In this document: piece by piece, positions 21,675 through 33,068 of the stretch
Layout: every line of letters starts with the position of its first letter
Numbering within the stretch: position 1 is the stretch's first letter
Origin: Marsupella aquatica
Taxonomy: Eukaryota > Plantae > Marchantiophyta
Direction of reading: 5' to 3'
DNA: 64,000 nt
NCBI GenBank assembly: GCA_973895155.1
Contig: OZ316899.1
Location: forward strand, 1,387,573 to 1,451,572
Notes under the pieces: model-generated
What the model was told of the DNA's origin: nothing
What the model saw: only the letters and a program-made list of their open reading frames with translations
Database searches by the model: none
Translations under genes and position numbers: made by a program

Positions 21675-22945
21675 ACCTCATCCTCCAAACAGGTGTGGTA
21701 CTGAGAGCCAAGAAGCGTTCTCAGCGGACTTATTCGTGGTTGGCCCAGATTAGGAATCGATGCTGTCTCTCTAGTTCGGGAGGTGCGTCTCGCTTCCATT
21801 CTCGAGGTGTCCCCCAGCAGCTTTGTTCAACATCCCCTTCATAATTCCTTGCCTTGCTATCTCGCTCCTTCAGCTGGTACTTCCCTTAGTGCTCAGTCGA
21901 GATCTTAGGACCGCGTCACTCCAGGCGCGTCCTCACAGTTGAGACGCGGGGAGACACACTACAAGCGTCGTAACCCAAACTGGACGCTTTGAAGGCGTCC
22001 CGACTTGCGCATTGGTTCATCTCGGATTCCATCGGACGCTTCTGACGGCGCCCCCTAGCAAGTGGACGCTTCTCTCAGCGTCCCGTCTTAGGTGCGAACG
22101 CTTCTAAAAGCATCCCGCCTTTCGGAGTCTTATAGGCCGGATCTAGCCGGATGCTTCTGACGACGTCCCGTTGTGAATGCCTCCTTCCGGCAGCGTCCGC
22201 AAAAATAGGGCGTCTGAACCAATTGGCCGTTCCTATCTGCAGAAATCTCCTCTCTACGTGGCTCGCTAAGCCAGGACTTCAACTACTCATGCATCTATCT
22301 CCTTCTTAATCTTCTATGTAATTCATAGTGCATAATTCCTTCAGCTAACTCTCGGATGGAAATGACTAAATATCTCTCCTGGGTAATCCTACCATTCAGC
22401 CTCAATGTTACTAAATGTAAATTTTCATCTTCCCACCAGGTAATAGATAACCAATGTACGCCATTTCTACCTCTCAAGCTCAAAACCCAAGAGTTAACAT
22501 AATGATTCCTCAGATTCCTAATTCTTAATGTTCCTAAGGATTGGATAGGTGGCATCGTCTACACGAACGTGGTAACTCAGCAATTTACACCCATATGTCA
22601 TGCGCAATGTTATGGTAAATTTGCTTGCCACTTATGGTGCCTTTGTGACCTCCATTCCTGTTACTCCCTCCGAAGCGATCTGATGACCAACTGTTCCACC
22701 TAGCGGCACTTTCTCTGATGGGAGAAGAGTGTCTTCCGCTAAGTTGGGTCCAACAAATGCCTCCAGAGTTCTCAAGAGAGTTTCCGGGGCATTTTGGATA
22801 GAAGATGGTATCACCTCTAAGCGGAAGCTCTTCATCTCCTAACTTTGGTGATGACACTCTTCCACGATAGCAGAACGTGAATTTCCTTCACGTCTCAATC
22901 TCTCTAGCATTCACTGCCTATACGTCAATTCAATCTTAAATTTGT

Positions 22946-22963
22946 TCCCCGGCAGCGGCGCCA
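22946..22963 (-). other. Primer-binding site of E (tRNA-Asp type)
   Basis: TGGCGCCGCTGCCGGGGA, 6 nt from the 5' LTR; similar to the Athila-type tRNA-Asp PBS. Confidence 0.85.
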
Positions 22964-22969
22964 AAAAGA

Positions 22970-24173
22970 TGTCGTATAGCAATAAGTATTAAAAGTGTAA
23001 TTTCTCACTTAAAACCGAGGTTCTGATCCCTTAAAGAACGTATTTTGGTATGAATTGAATAATTTTCATCATTCTGAGTGATGTAGAACTCACAGCTCTA
23101 CACTTTTCTTACTTCTCAACAAAATAAAGTAAACAAAATATAAAAGTACTAGAAAGGAAATGATTCCAGTTTTGGAGACTCTAGTAAATTATTGCCACAC
23201 CTTCAGAAAGGACTTGGTCTCAATATAAACATGCCTAAAATCTCTCAACTCATCAATCTTTCTTCTGAAGATACAAAATTGTACAGAGATGAAGTTCTCA
23301 ATCTGATAAACAAAGCAGCTTTCTGGTTGCAAATGTAATGATATCAACGCGGATTGACATAAGCGTTGCGCAATTCAGTCAAACTCTAAGCCATATTCCA
23401 GAAACAAGCAACGGTACTGAATGCTCTGAGAATCCAATTTCACTTCTATCAACAACTACTCTTGAATTTGCTAGCGATTCTTGACTCTACAAGCAAGCCT
23501 AGCAGTGAATTCAATACGAGCCTCAGAAGTCTATAACTGAATTCAATTACCACAAGAATTTCTGAGATTCAATCACAACTTCAAACAAATGCTGCTTTAC
23601 TTCCATACAACGCACTCTCAACATGCCTTGTTATAATGGAAGGAGGAGGAACTATTAAGAATATCCAATTCTGAATACAGTGTTGCCTCTGACTCTCTCT
23701 CTGGTTCAAATGAGCATCCTACTCTGTCTTATAAGTGCTAAGGTCCTAAAATGAAGGAAATATGAAAAGCTATGCCTGTTGAACTTGAACTAAGTATGAG
23801 GAAAGTACAGCATAAGTACTTAGAGGTCGGGAAAATACTACTATATTGGTAATCTATTTCGAAAGCTAAATCTAAGTATCGGAAAATGAGGGACTCTTCT
23901 AAAAGCGTCGGGTGTGGATGGACGCATTTGAGCGTCGAGTCAGAGTGGACGCTTTTGAAAGCGTCGTGAGTTAAAGTACTCGGGAATAGTCGACGCTGCT
24001 GAAAGCGTCGAGGGTGAATCACCGGGTAAGAGCGGACGCTTCTATAAGTGTCGGTCAAGAAATGGTCGATGAGGGCAGTCGCTTCTGTTTAGCGTCCAGA
24101 TTAGAACAAATGCTTGAAAAATGTCGAAAATAAACCGTCTTCCAACAAAAATGGTAGAGACCGCCATTCCACA
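22970..24173 (-). repeat. 5' LTR of element E
   Basis: Direct repeat of 8536-9780, followed by TSD TGTGG. Confidence 0.95.
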
Positions 24174-24559
24174 TGTGGATCATGAAGGCTATGTCCAATT
24201 CCAACTCTAGATTGGCCCTGACATGGCCAACCAGCAATCACCAAATCAATGGGACCAACACGATCCAAATGATCCGCCCCCAACAATGAAATATCAGCAG
24301 GAAATGCATGCTGATAGCCATAAATGACATCCACTGGTAATAGGTGTGGATAATGATCCACCAACAATGCGACATGACGCAATGAGACTCTTTGTGCTGT
24401 CTCATTTGTCTCCACATACAAGTAATGATGCACTGGAATTTCTGCTTGAAGAACAGCAGCCAATCCAATGCTAACTCCACCAAATAAATCCAACAAATAA
24501 ATACCCTTTGATGGATACTGCCATGTAATAGTGGTGGTATCCAATGGTGAAAGAGTCAC
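24174..24559 (-). pseudogene. DNMT3-like C5 cytosine methyltransferase, N-terminal half (motifs I, II, IV)
   Basis: YLLDLFGGVSIG (I, SAM-binding), YLYVETNETA (II), GPIDLVIAGWPCQG (IV, catalytic PC). The frame joins the 8535 side exactly across the TSD. Confidence 0.88.
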
Positions 24560-24659
24560 TGGTCCACCTGTAGGAGACTGCTCTGCTCCTAGCTGTGGTC
24601 TAAATGTATGACGCCATGCATCATGTACTAATCATGCTGCTATTTGTGGCAAGGCCTGC

Positions 24660-25462
24660 CCCGTGCCCCATCAAGGTGGCACAACACTACCAACAGGTAA
24701 CCTACGCATGACTTGCTCCTCATGTGACTCCTCCACTGCTAGAACATCTGCGGCATGTGAGGTATCCTCAATCAAATCATCAAGATCAGTGATCACACCA
24801 TTGAATGCTGCCAAAGACAATGGTACAAGTTTAGGGCCCCCCACAGGTCCACTAAATTGCATTGGCAATCTGCTCAATCTAGCATCTCCTGATTACCAAT
24901 CAAGTCGGTATGAAACAAATTCATCCCAAAATTAAGGATGAATCCCATGGGGTAAAGCACTATACATCCCACCAACACATCATAGGACTTTGCCTTAGTC
25001 AAAATAGCTTGCGTCTGTATGTGAGAGCTATCCTTTGCATGACCCTCCTGAATCCGCAAGTCAAATGGTTATCTAGTGATGTGTTATGTGGGTGTAGGCC
25101 CCCCAATGAAGTCTGAATAAGAAAGAGACACTCTTCCAGATCATCTGGACGCAATTCCAATCCTTGTAGTACTACAAACTTACCCAACATCAAGGGCTCG
25201 ACACCAATATCCAGTAACACTCTCTCTAGCTGGTATAGTGCTCCAGTAGGCCCAACTAATTGGAAGATACCACTTCGATTATCCAAGGACACAACGTTAG
25301 GTTTAACCCTAGTCCTCTCAAATGTAAGGCGCGCTGGCAAATCCATTAACTTTGTCGCTACTGCATGCCATGTCTCACTAGCAGCAGTAGGTGGTGTCCA
25401 CTCTACTGCTCTAAAACTGCATGTTGCCTCTGCAAGAGAAGCCAACACTAGTACAGAATTCA
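24660..25462 (-). pseudogene. Aspartic protease region of element D
   Basis: ERVLLDIGVEPLMLGK (degenerate D-T/S-G) and SYDVLVG. Confidence 0.7.
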
Positions 25463-27022
25463 CCCTTAATCCAATTCTCCTCAAATCGGACCCCTTCGGC
25501 GGATTGTTGCAGTTTTTACCGATGTTCCGATTGAAGTCGCATCGTATCATCCAATCCCCAAACAATCGGGTTAGCGTTATCGGACTGAGATTGGACTTGT
25601 CCAATTAAACTAGTATCGGAAAGACGCATTCAATTCAAAAGAAATGGCAAACAATTGTCCAATTATGTGAGAATGGCATGACCATTTCCAAGTACTTCGC
25701 AATCGGAAACTATTGTGTTATTGTACTACAATGGGACAGGGGTCCCAATTAGAATCAAATCAAAAATTGAAGTGCGATTACCCCAATCGGCGGCCCTAGT
25801 GCTGCCCCAGCCTGATCCTACTCCTCCACGGGTTTCATATCACTAGCTAACTGGTGTATTCTTTTGTGTGAGGCTTCAAGTCTTAGCAAGACTATGGGCT
25901 ACTAGAGAAGTCAGGTCACCCATCCCAAACACTGTTCCTCTCAATAGGTACTTAACTTCCTAGTTCTTAGCTCTTGCATTGTACATGCAACCTTAGGCAC
26001 ATTTGATGTTTCTTATAGAGTGCCTGGGGTTTTTATACACCTCTGAGTTCATTTAGATCCACAGTTTGGGTCAATTCTTGATGAATTCTTGCGTATCATG
26101 ACATTGGGTTGCGTGGGTGAATTATGAAAGCTCTATGTTGACCATATGGGAACCAATTTACCTATCAATGTTAGATCGCCAAACAAACCAATGTCCTCCT
26201 CAAATTGCTACAATTCCTTTTGGGGCGTGGTTAAGTTCATTTAGGGATACAATATATATAGAATTTTGACCTAGATGACAATGAAGACAACTGTTTTTGT
26301 TGACCGCAAGATTTTTTTTTCTTCAAGTCAAAAGGCTTTGACTTACAATTTAACGAAAACTTTTGGTAACCATTATAGGGTAGTGCATTGTAAAGATAGG
26401 AATGGCCATTGGCATAAGATTTCTCATCCTAGGAACACAGACTACAAAGGCTATGCTACACATGATTCAGGACGGGTCAATACTTTCCATGAGCAGATGA
26501 GGGATGACCCTGGCCTTGCCAAAGGTTCCAATTCTAAATGAATCGTAGACACACTTCCAATTCCCAAAGAGTTGGACCACAAAGTCCATTGCACCAACAA
26601 TTGGACCAAGATCTCATTGTATTTGTATTGCAAATATGAATCCCATTGCCTACCACTTGGAAACAATTGTCCAATCCTTAAAACCTTGGAATATCCAATT
26701 CCATGCGCATCGAAAACTTCCAATTTGTATTGAATGGCAACTTCCAATTCTAATTTGATTGGAAAACGTGCTTACGTTTTTCTTTGGAAAGGGGTTCCAA
26801 TTCATCTAACATTGGAGAAGAATCGGACCAAGCGGTCCAATTGTTTCTGGCTTGGACAAACAATCCAACTTTTCCTACATCGTAGTGACGGCCCGTTTGT
26901 GATTGGGTTGGAATGGTGATAGTCCGATTCTAGTTTAATGGCAAGGTCCGATACGCGTTGGCTTGGACGGTTGGATCGTACATCCAATTAGGATAGAATC
27001 AGAAGGTGAGAATCGAACTAGG
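25463..27022. mobile_element. Unclassified ~1.56-kb non-autonomous insertion in D gag-pol
   Basis: Removal restores the D frame (..IVHFG|VNSVLVL..). Imperfect terminal inverted repeat (CCCTTAATCCAATTCTC vs reverse-complement CCTAGTTCGATTCTC) and many CCAATT/TCCGAT motifs near both ends. Confidence 0.55.
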
Positions 27023-27764
27023 CCCCAAAATGTACTATTGCAAAACTGGAGTATCCTTGCATAATGTGTCTACCATTCTAAATACATCAGCAGGACCAAC
27101 CCCCAATGTTAGCATATATGTCGCTAAAAATAATGGGGTGCGCACTATGGTGGTAGCCCCCCACCCAGCAAGGTCTCTCATCCCTCTTGCAACATCATAT
27201 GATTTTGCCAACTAACCCACACCAAGGTTTGTCCAAATCAGGTTCATAGAGGCAGTCTGAATTGTCTTTGACAATGTAAAAGATTGAAGAAGCTTTGTTT
27301 GACAACGTGCACCCCCCTCTGTGGATCTAGCTCCACTATTGCTCCTCGGGGCTCAAGAGCTTTTGTTGCCCCACGCTTCAAAGCTGTTGATGCATCAATG
27401 TGTGCAGTGCCACACATGAATCCAATGGTGGCAAGATCTTCATCAGCCCCATAAGATGTGGAAGCTCCATAGGATGTAGAAGCCCCATCACCAAAAACAG
27501 GCTTCACCTGAGAACTAGCCATAGCAGCTAGTTGTTGCTCCAATTGAGCAATCTTAGCGTCCTTAGGATCTATGGTCACATTAGGAGCAGGATCATCTCC
27601 CTATCTCCCTGCATATGGCATACCTCGGCCACGACCACCATGACCATCACCTCTTTCTTGATCATGTGTGCGTTGTCCTCCTCTTTGTAACTCAGGATGG
27701 AGTGAGAAAACCTATCCTTGGTGTGTCCAAAAGCTTCACAATGATCACACTACCACTGATTAGG
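27023..27764 (-). pseudogene. Gag C-terminal region of element D
   Basis: Zinc-knuckle remnant CDHCEAFGHTKDR at ~27700-27750 and ORF 27244..27579; cut at 27764 by LTR C. Confidence 0.6.
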
Positions 27765-28583
27765 TGTTGAGGCCCCTCCTAGCCCTCTATGATCAGGGCA
27801 ATATTGTTGGTGGCAATATAGTTTTAGTGGTTAGCAGAGTTGTTAGATTTAGGGTAACTTAATAACTAGGGAAGTGGAGTAGGGAAATAAATTGAGGGAT
27901 AAGACATGTTGCTCTAAGAAGTATTAAGAGTTGAGTAAGTTATTCGGTAAGGCCGAAAAGAAGTTACGATAGTCGGGAAGTCGGGCCAAAGGAATGACCA
28001 ATACTTTCAAGCAATATGTTGTGCTAAGACTCACACTATAGGTGCTAGGTAGTCCCTAGATCACGCATAAAAGTTATGAAGTCAAGTGAGGTCTTAACCT
28101 AGGATTTATGAGTATTTTGGCAAAACTTAAAGTTACCAAATAGCGGGTCCTGGGAAAAATAGTTGATGGGGAAATGTAAGGTTACAAGTTGGGAAATGAG
28201 TTAAATATGGTCCTCTCTATCCCTAGAAACTTGTGGGAGAACTTGGTTATCTTTGGTTACTTTTTGGGAGCATCTCAAAGTTGAGAAGAATTTTGAAAAA
28301 CATAAAAATTAACCCTATTTACCTAATTTTAGAAAACTGGTTATAAAGTGTTGTTTAGATCTTATTAAACCAATACATAGTCCTATGTCCATAGAATCTC
28401 TGGACCTACTCAGAAGTCCTTTTGGACTCATGGGTGAGTTTTGGGGGTGGTCCAAAATGGCCAAGGAATGCTGTTGTTTCCAACAAAAACCAGAATGTTT
28501 TCTAAGTATAAACTACGTCAACAGCGACCACAATTTAAGCACGAGACCGGGGAGAAGCAAGCACGAGGTCAGCTACACCATAA

Positions 28584-28625
28584 GAGGTATTCTACGTTGC
28601 GAGCAAACAGGAGTTTTGCTAGTGA
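28584..28625. repeat. Orphan copy of the left TIR of the 31972 MITE
   Basis: GAGGTATTCTACGTTGCGAGCAAACAGGAG vs GAGGTATTCTATGTTGCAAGCAAACAAGGAG at 31972. Confidence 0.7.
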
Positions 28626-29039
28626 GACACACATGCTAGCGAGGCAACTTTCTGGGTACCATCACGGTAGCTAAGGGGGATTCCAAAGTAAGATTGTGGA
28701 TTGTTTTATTCTAAAACAGTTATGACAAAGGGAAAACCAGATACTTGAACATCCACAACCCATAAACTTGAGATCTTTACAACCCTCAACTGAATGATGA
28801 GGCATCATCAATCTCAACAAAACTAGTTTAGAAACCTTTCACAATCCACCTTTAGTAAAACTCTGTATTGACATACATGTTCTAAAATGAGATTCCATCC
28901 AAAATTGATCATTAGTCATTGAGAATCCTCTGATTCCAGATCATTTGAGGAATTACTAGGATTGCTACTCGACTCCCTATCAGTCTCCTCGACTGAATCA
29001 TCAACATACTATGGGACAGTACCAGCCTCATCATCTATG

Positions 29040-30440
29040 AACTAAGGGCAGTAAAAGGCTTTTTGAGCACCCCTCACTGACCGTAGACCTTTCCCCTCCC
29101 AAGTCAAAACAACGGGCGCTTCATCAACCTCCTTTGCAGACTTTTCAGCATAAGCAAATCCCTTCTCAGGGGTCACAAGAAAATTATCCTCAATTTCTTT
29201 TTGAAGATGAAATCTCTTCTCCAAAAACCAATCCGAACGCCTATCACTGAAGAAATCACCAACATTGGATCAATACTACGCATCCAAAAATTCTAGAAAT
29301 AACAGAAAAACACCATATAGGGAGTTCTACATCAAAGGCCAAGTACTTTACTCCAGGTCAAATTCATCCATCTCTTCTGAAGGTCCGCCATGATCATCTC
29401 CTGGGATGGTGAACTCATTGTCCAATCCTTCATCATTGGGGTCCTCTTTCTTCTGACCTGCGGCCCCTTTCAACTTATGGGCATGTCTATCCAACACATT
29501 TGCCAGATTTTTTGAGCACACGGATGAAGAATGTCTCTATCTTAAACCCCTACAACAAATCTCCCTACGTATTCCCCAACGGCAAAAGCACTTCAATCTC
29601 CAATAGTCCAATCAATGTCCTTTGGTAAAGTAAGGATCTCCATTACGGCTTGCATGAACCCAATTGACAATCTATTGGAACCTGCAAAAGCCGCCCTAGG
29701 ACTGGGATCAGTTTTTGGGTAGCAAACACTCAGCATTGATTTATGACGGGCATCCTCAAAAGAAGTCAGTGGAACATATTCAGTATGTTTTGGGACTTTT
29801 GCTGAGAATTCCACCTTGTAGAAGACATCCATTATGAAAACAAGAATTTGTTAGTGTGACGCCGCCAGCACGGCGGGTAATGAGTAATCCGGCCTAATCC
29901 GCGCTTAGCACGTGCGCTACGGGCTTAGTAGTCCATAGTTATTAGCATAACAACATTAAAGTAGGTAGTAATCATGAATATGACATTATTAGTCAATAAG
30001 AAGCAATTGCGCTCAGGCTAGCGGCAGAGTGCCACCCATACCGCCGGGTTACAAGCGTGTTATGGACGCCTTCCTTGGGTCCGTATAACAAACCAAGGAG
30101 GCGGCTCTTTGACACTCCTTGATCCGGACCTGCGGAGTGGCCGGTACACTGCAAGCGTGAAAGGATCGGCCTATCAAAAAGGAGGAGGGGCCGATCGGCC
30201 GACGAGCCCTCAGGGTATAAAAGGCAAGCCATTCTCTTGCATTGCATCAACACTTCACTCCTTGCGCCAGCTTTGATCCCAGCTTGCTCATTTTCTCCTT
30301 AGTCATCCACCACCGTTCCTTGTATGTCTGTCACAATTATGTCCAGTTCAACCTTTCACTTTTGGCTTCAATTTCTATCCATTGGAAATCACCTAGCAAA
30401 GTTGCTGGCCAAATTCAACCCCCGCCTGTACAAAATTGAA
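29040..30440 (-). pseudogene. Decayed ORF remnant inside LTR C, split by a solo LTR
   Basis: Coding-like fragments (29042..29224, 29593..29832). Across the insertion it reads RLNWT*QILVFIMDVFYK, reminiscent of INWTKILYRVI in the E accessory ORF. Confidence 0.35.
29855..30335 (+). mobile_element. Small solo LTR (481 bp)
   Basis: TGTGAC...GTCACA perfect 6-bp terminal inverted repeat; internal TATAAAA at ~30216; TSD only 3/5 (GTTAG vs ATTAT). Confidence 0.65.
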
Positions 30441-31971
30441 AGATAGTACAAACAAGTCATCCATTGTCATGAGGTTTTCTTCCTAAGGGATAAATCCTCA
30501 TGTTTGGCTTGTGCAAAAGAAGAGAAAGAAAAAGGATAAACATGCAACTTTTGCATTTTTATCGATGGATAAGTGAAAAATGGTATTATGAGAGTAATTT
30601 TGAGCCAATGAGGAGCTGGTTGGCGAGTCCTACATGGCTAAATTCCATTGGTGTTCCTTTCGAGTTTGACAAAAATGAACAAATGACAAATAAGTTTTTG
30701 CTTTTCATACTATATTTAGTAACGGGAAAATAGAGTGAGTTGGCGGGATTATTTGTCGACCATTGATGCCATCAACATTAATTTGGGTCTAATGGTTGTG
30801 ATGATGAAGTGACTTTCATTTGTTGCATATTTGGCTTAGTCTTAGCCATTTATTTATCATTTGATTGTCATGGGGCTTATTTTGGAGATAGAGAGTTATT
30901 TTGAAGGGTTAAAACCCTGGTTACTTGTTTGAATGGTGTGGCGGCAGCTTAGGGGTTGAGTATGGAAGGGGTAGGTCATGCATGGCATGCTGGCTGCCCC
31001 CTACTTGCTCAAACTTAATTATGGTTTAGTATTGGGTTACAATCAAAATGGTGGCAGTTTTAGATTTGCAAGCAACTCAAGAAGAGATAAGCGTTGGTAT
31101 TGGCATGGCTAAGGATGAAGCTCAAGCTTGAGTATGACAACTCAAGTTAGGAGACAAGGTTGAGCCTTGCCTTGGTGGTGAGGGTTAAAAGAAAAACCGG
31201 AAGGATACTTACTCACAAATAGAGACCTTGGGAGAATGGCCACAACTTGGGCTAGGGGTATCCGTTGGGGCCCAAATGTTTTTGTGCTGAGTCAAGGGAA
31301 GGTAAGGCACTCCTTGGTGAAGGTGAAAACCCAGAAAAAGAACCACCCAAACATATTTTCAGCCAAGGCCAAGAGGAGGTCCCGATAGCTTGCAAACCTG
31401 AGCCGACATAGGAGAATGAACATCAGATTTAGGGACTGACCTTTCTTGCACCCATAGCACTTTAGTAAGGCTCTAGGTAAGGGTAATTACCTTTGGTCAA
31501 AGTTGTAATGCCATCAAGTTAAGAGAAGTAAGTATAGGGGGTAGTTTACTTAGTTTAGTAAAAGAATTACAAGTAAAATAAGGCCAACTTTGACTAGGCC
31601 TAACTTGAGACTCACTCACTCTTTTTGCAAGCTTTCAAGTGGGTTGGGAATCTAGTGAAAAGGACCATAAGTGGGAGCAGGTTTGGAGGTTAAAACATGC
31701 AAATCATGTGTGGCATATTCCAGGGCTTTGAAGGAGTCAAAATACCAGGTTGTAGAGTGGGCTATGAACTATAGAGTTGGACTTTGTGTTAGGAGGACTT
31801 GGAGAAGGTGTAGTTGGATCCCAGGTTGAGCTTGGTGTGGAAAGAGAATAGTATATAAGATAGAAGTTTTCCTTTGTTAAAGGACCAGAATTCTCACTCA
31901 GTTCTCGAAATAGAGGCTCTACCTTGCTAAGTTGGGGCTAAGCTTGAGAAGGAGGTGAAGTCCATACTTAG

Positions 31972-32285
31972 GAGGTATTCTATGTTGCAAGCAAACAAGG
32001 AGATTTTGATAGCGAGGAGATTTTGATAGCGAGGAGATTTTGATAGCGAGGAGATTTTGATTCCAAATTTCAGTTACTATTTGATGCCTTTTACATTTTT
32101 TGTGTTTTTTTAAAGGTTGCAGATGGCTAGTGAGCTCGCTAGCAAAAAGGGAGTCCCCAAAAGGGATGTTACCAACCGGTAATTGATAGCGAGGCAGTTG
32201 CATGTAGAAAAATAGGGGTGATGCAGGAATTTATTTTGCTCGTGCGAGGAAATTTTTTATTGTTTGCTCGCACGGTACAATTACC
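31972..32285. mobile_element. MITE, Mutator-like (~314 bp) with an internal 17-bp tandem repeat
   Basis: 10-bp TSD CCATACTTAG (31962-31971 and 32286-32295); imperfect ~25-bp TIRs; (GAGATTTTGATAGCGAG)x3. Confidence 0.75.
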
Positions 32286-33068
32286 CCATACTTAGTGTTA
32301 TTCAGGGACATAGGTCTCATGCGCCAACAAACTCACTACCTTCTATTCCATATGGGAGTATGGGGGCTCCCTATATAGTACATGGCGTGGTGGTTATGTA
32401 ACCACCTCTTGTCCCTATTCACTAGGCCGGGTAAGTCTAGTTTACTAGGGTTATGTTTATCACTTATAACACTCCCCCTTGGTTGGGTGATGAGTGTGTT
32501 ACAGCCAACCATATGATGGGGAAAGCTAACCCTATAGTCTATAGTCTGGTCCAATGTAGTATGGTCTCATTAAAACCATGCTTCCATCATGGAAAGAGTG
32601 CCACTACTATAACATAGGTTTGGGTCAAGTTATTGAATGTAAGTCCTTATGGTGTGCAAAAAGGGTGCATAAGGGAAATTAAAGGGTGTAATCTCTATGT
32701 ATGTGTCCGTTAATGTGTCTAAAGGCTCGTGGTCTGTGTTTGTGTTTAAGGAGCTGTTTACGCTCCTACCCTAATCCTGCGGGCCACGGGTTGGACGCCT
32801 CCAGTCGTCGGTCTGTTGCCTTGGTGGGCTGCTGAAATCGTTTGAATCTTTGTTTGTTCGGTAGTCGGTGCGGCCATGTCGGGAGGTCGTCGTTTGTGTG
32901 TTGACTTTGACCGTTGAGATTGGTCAAAGTCTCATCAGTTCTGTGTGATTCTCGACGGTTCGGGGTGGCAGATTAGGGGTAGCATGAAATGTTGGAGCTC
33001 CCGTTGTATCAGTTTGATCGACAGTAATGGGTGTGCAGTTTGGGTAAGTTCCTCGATGGCCTGCGTCA

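Larger units (their letters stand above)
8536..24173 (-). mobile_element. Gypsy LTR retrotransposon E (non-chromovirus, tRNA-Asp PBS) with a ~3.1-kb 3' accessory region
   Basis: LTRs at 8536-9780 and 22970-24173 (TG..CA); TSD TGTGG at 8531-8535 and 24174-24178; PBS, gag-pro, RT, RH, IN and PPT in order. Confidence 0.95.
4018..27764 (-). mobile_element. Gypsy LTR retrotransposon D carrying a DNMT3-like methyltransferase and a PHD finger (decayed, 5' end missing, multiply interrupted)
   Basis: Collinear minus-strand remnants: gag zinc knuckle (~27700), protease (LLDIGVEPLMLG), C5-MTase, RT (DLRAG..HQL, YIDDILVYS), RNase H, integrase, PHD, PPT, then a short LTR. Confidence 0.85.

Noticed and set aside
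22295-22857. Upstream ORFs in the E leader as an extra 5' gene
   Set aside because: Short, in different frames, with no recognisable motifs.
7930-24559. A host DNMT gene with one huge intron
   Set aside because: The gap is a TSD-flanked LTR element with no splice-site logic, and the MTase is collinear with the protease and RT of a retrotransposon.
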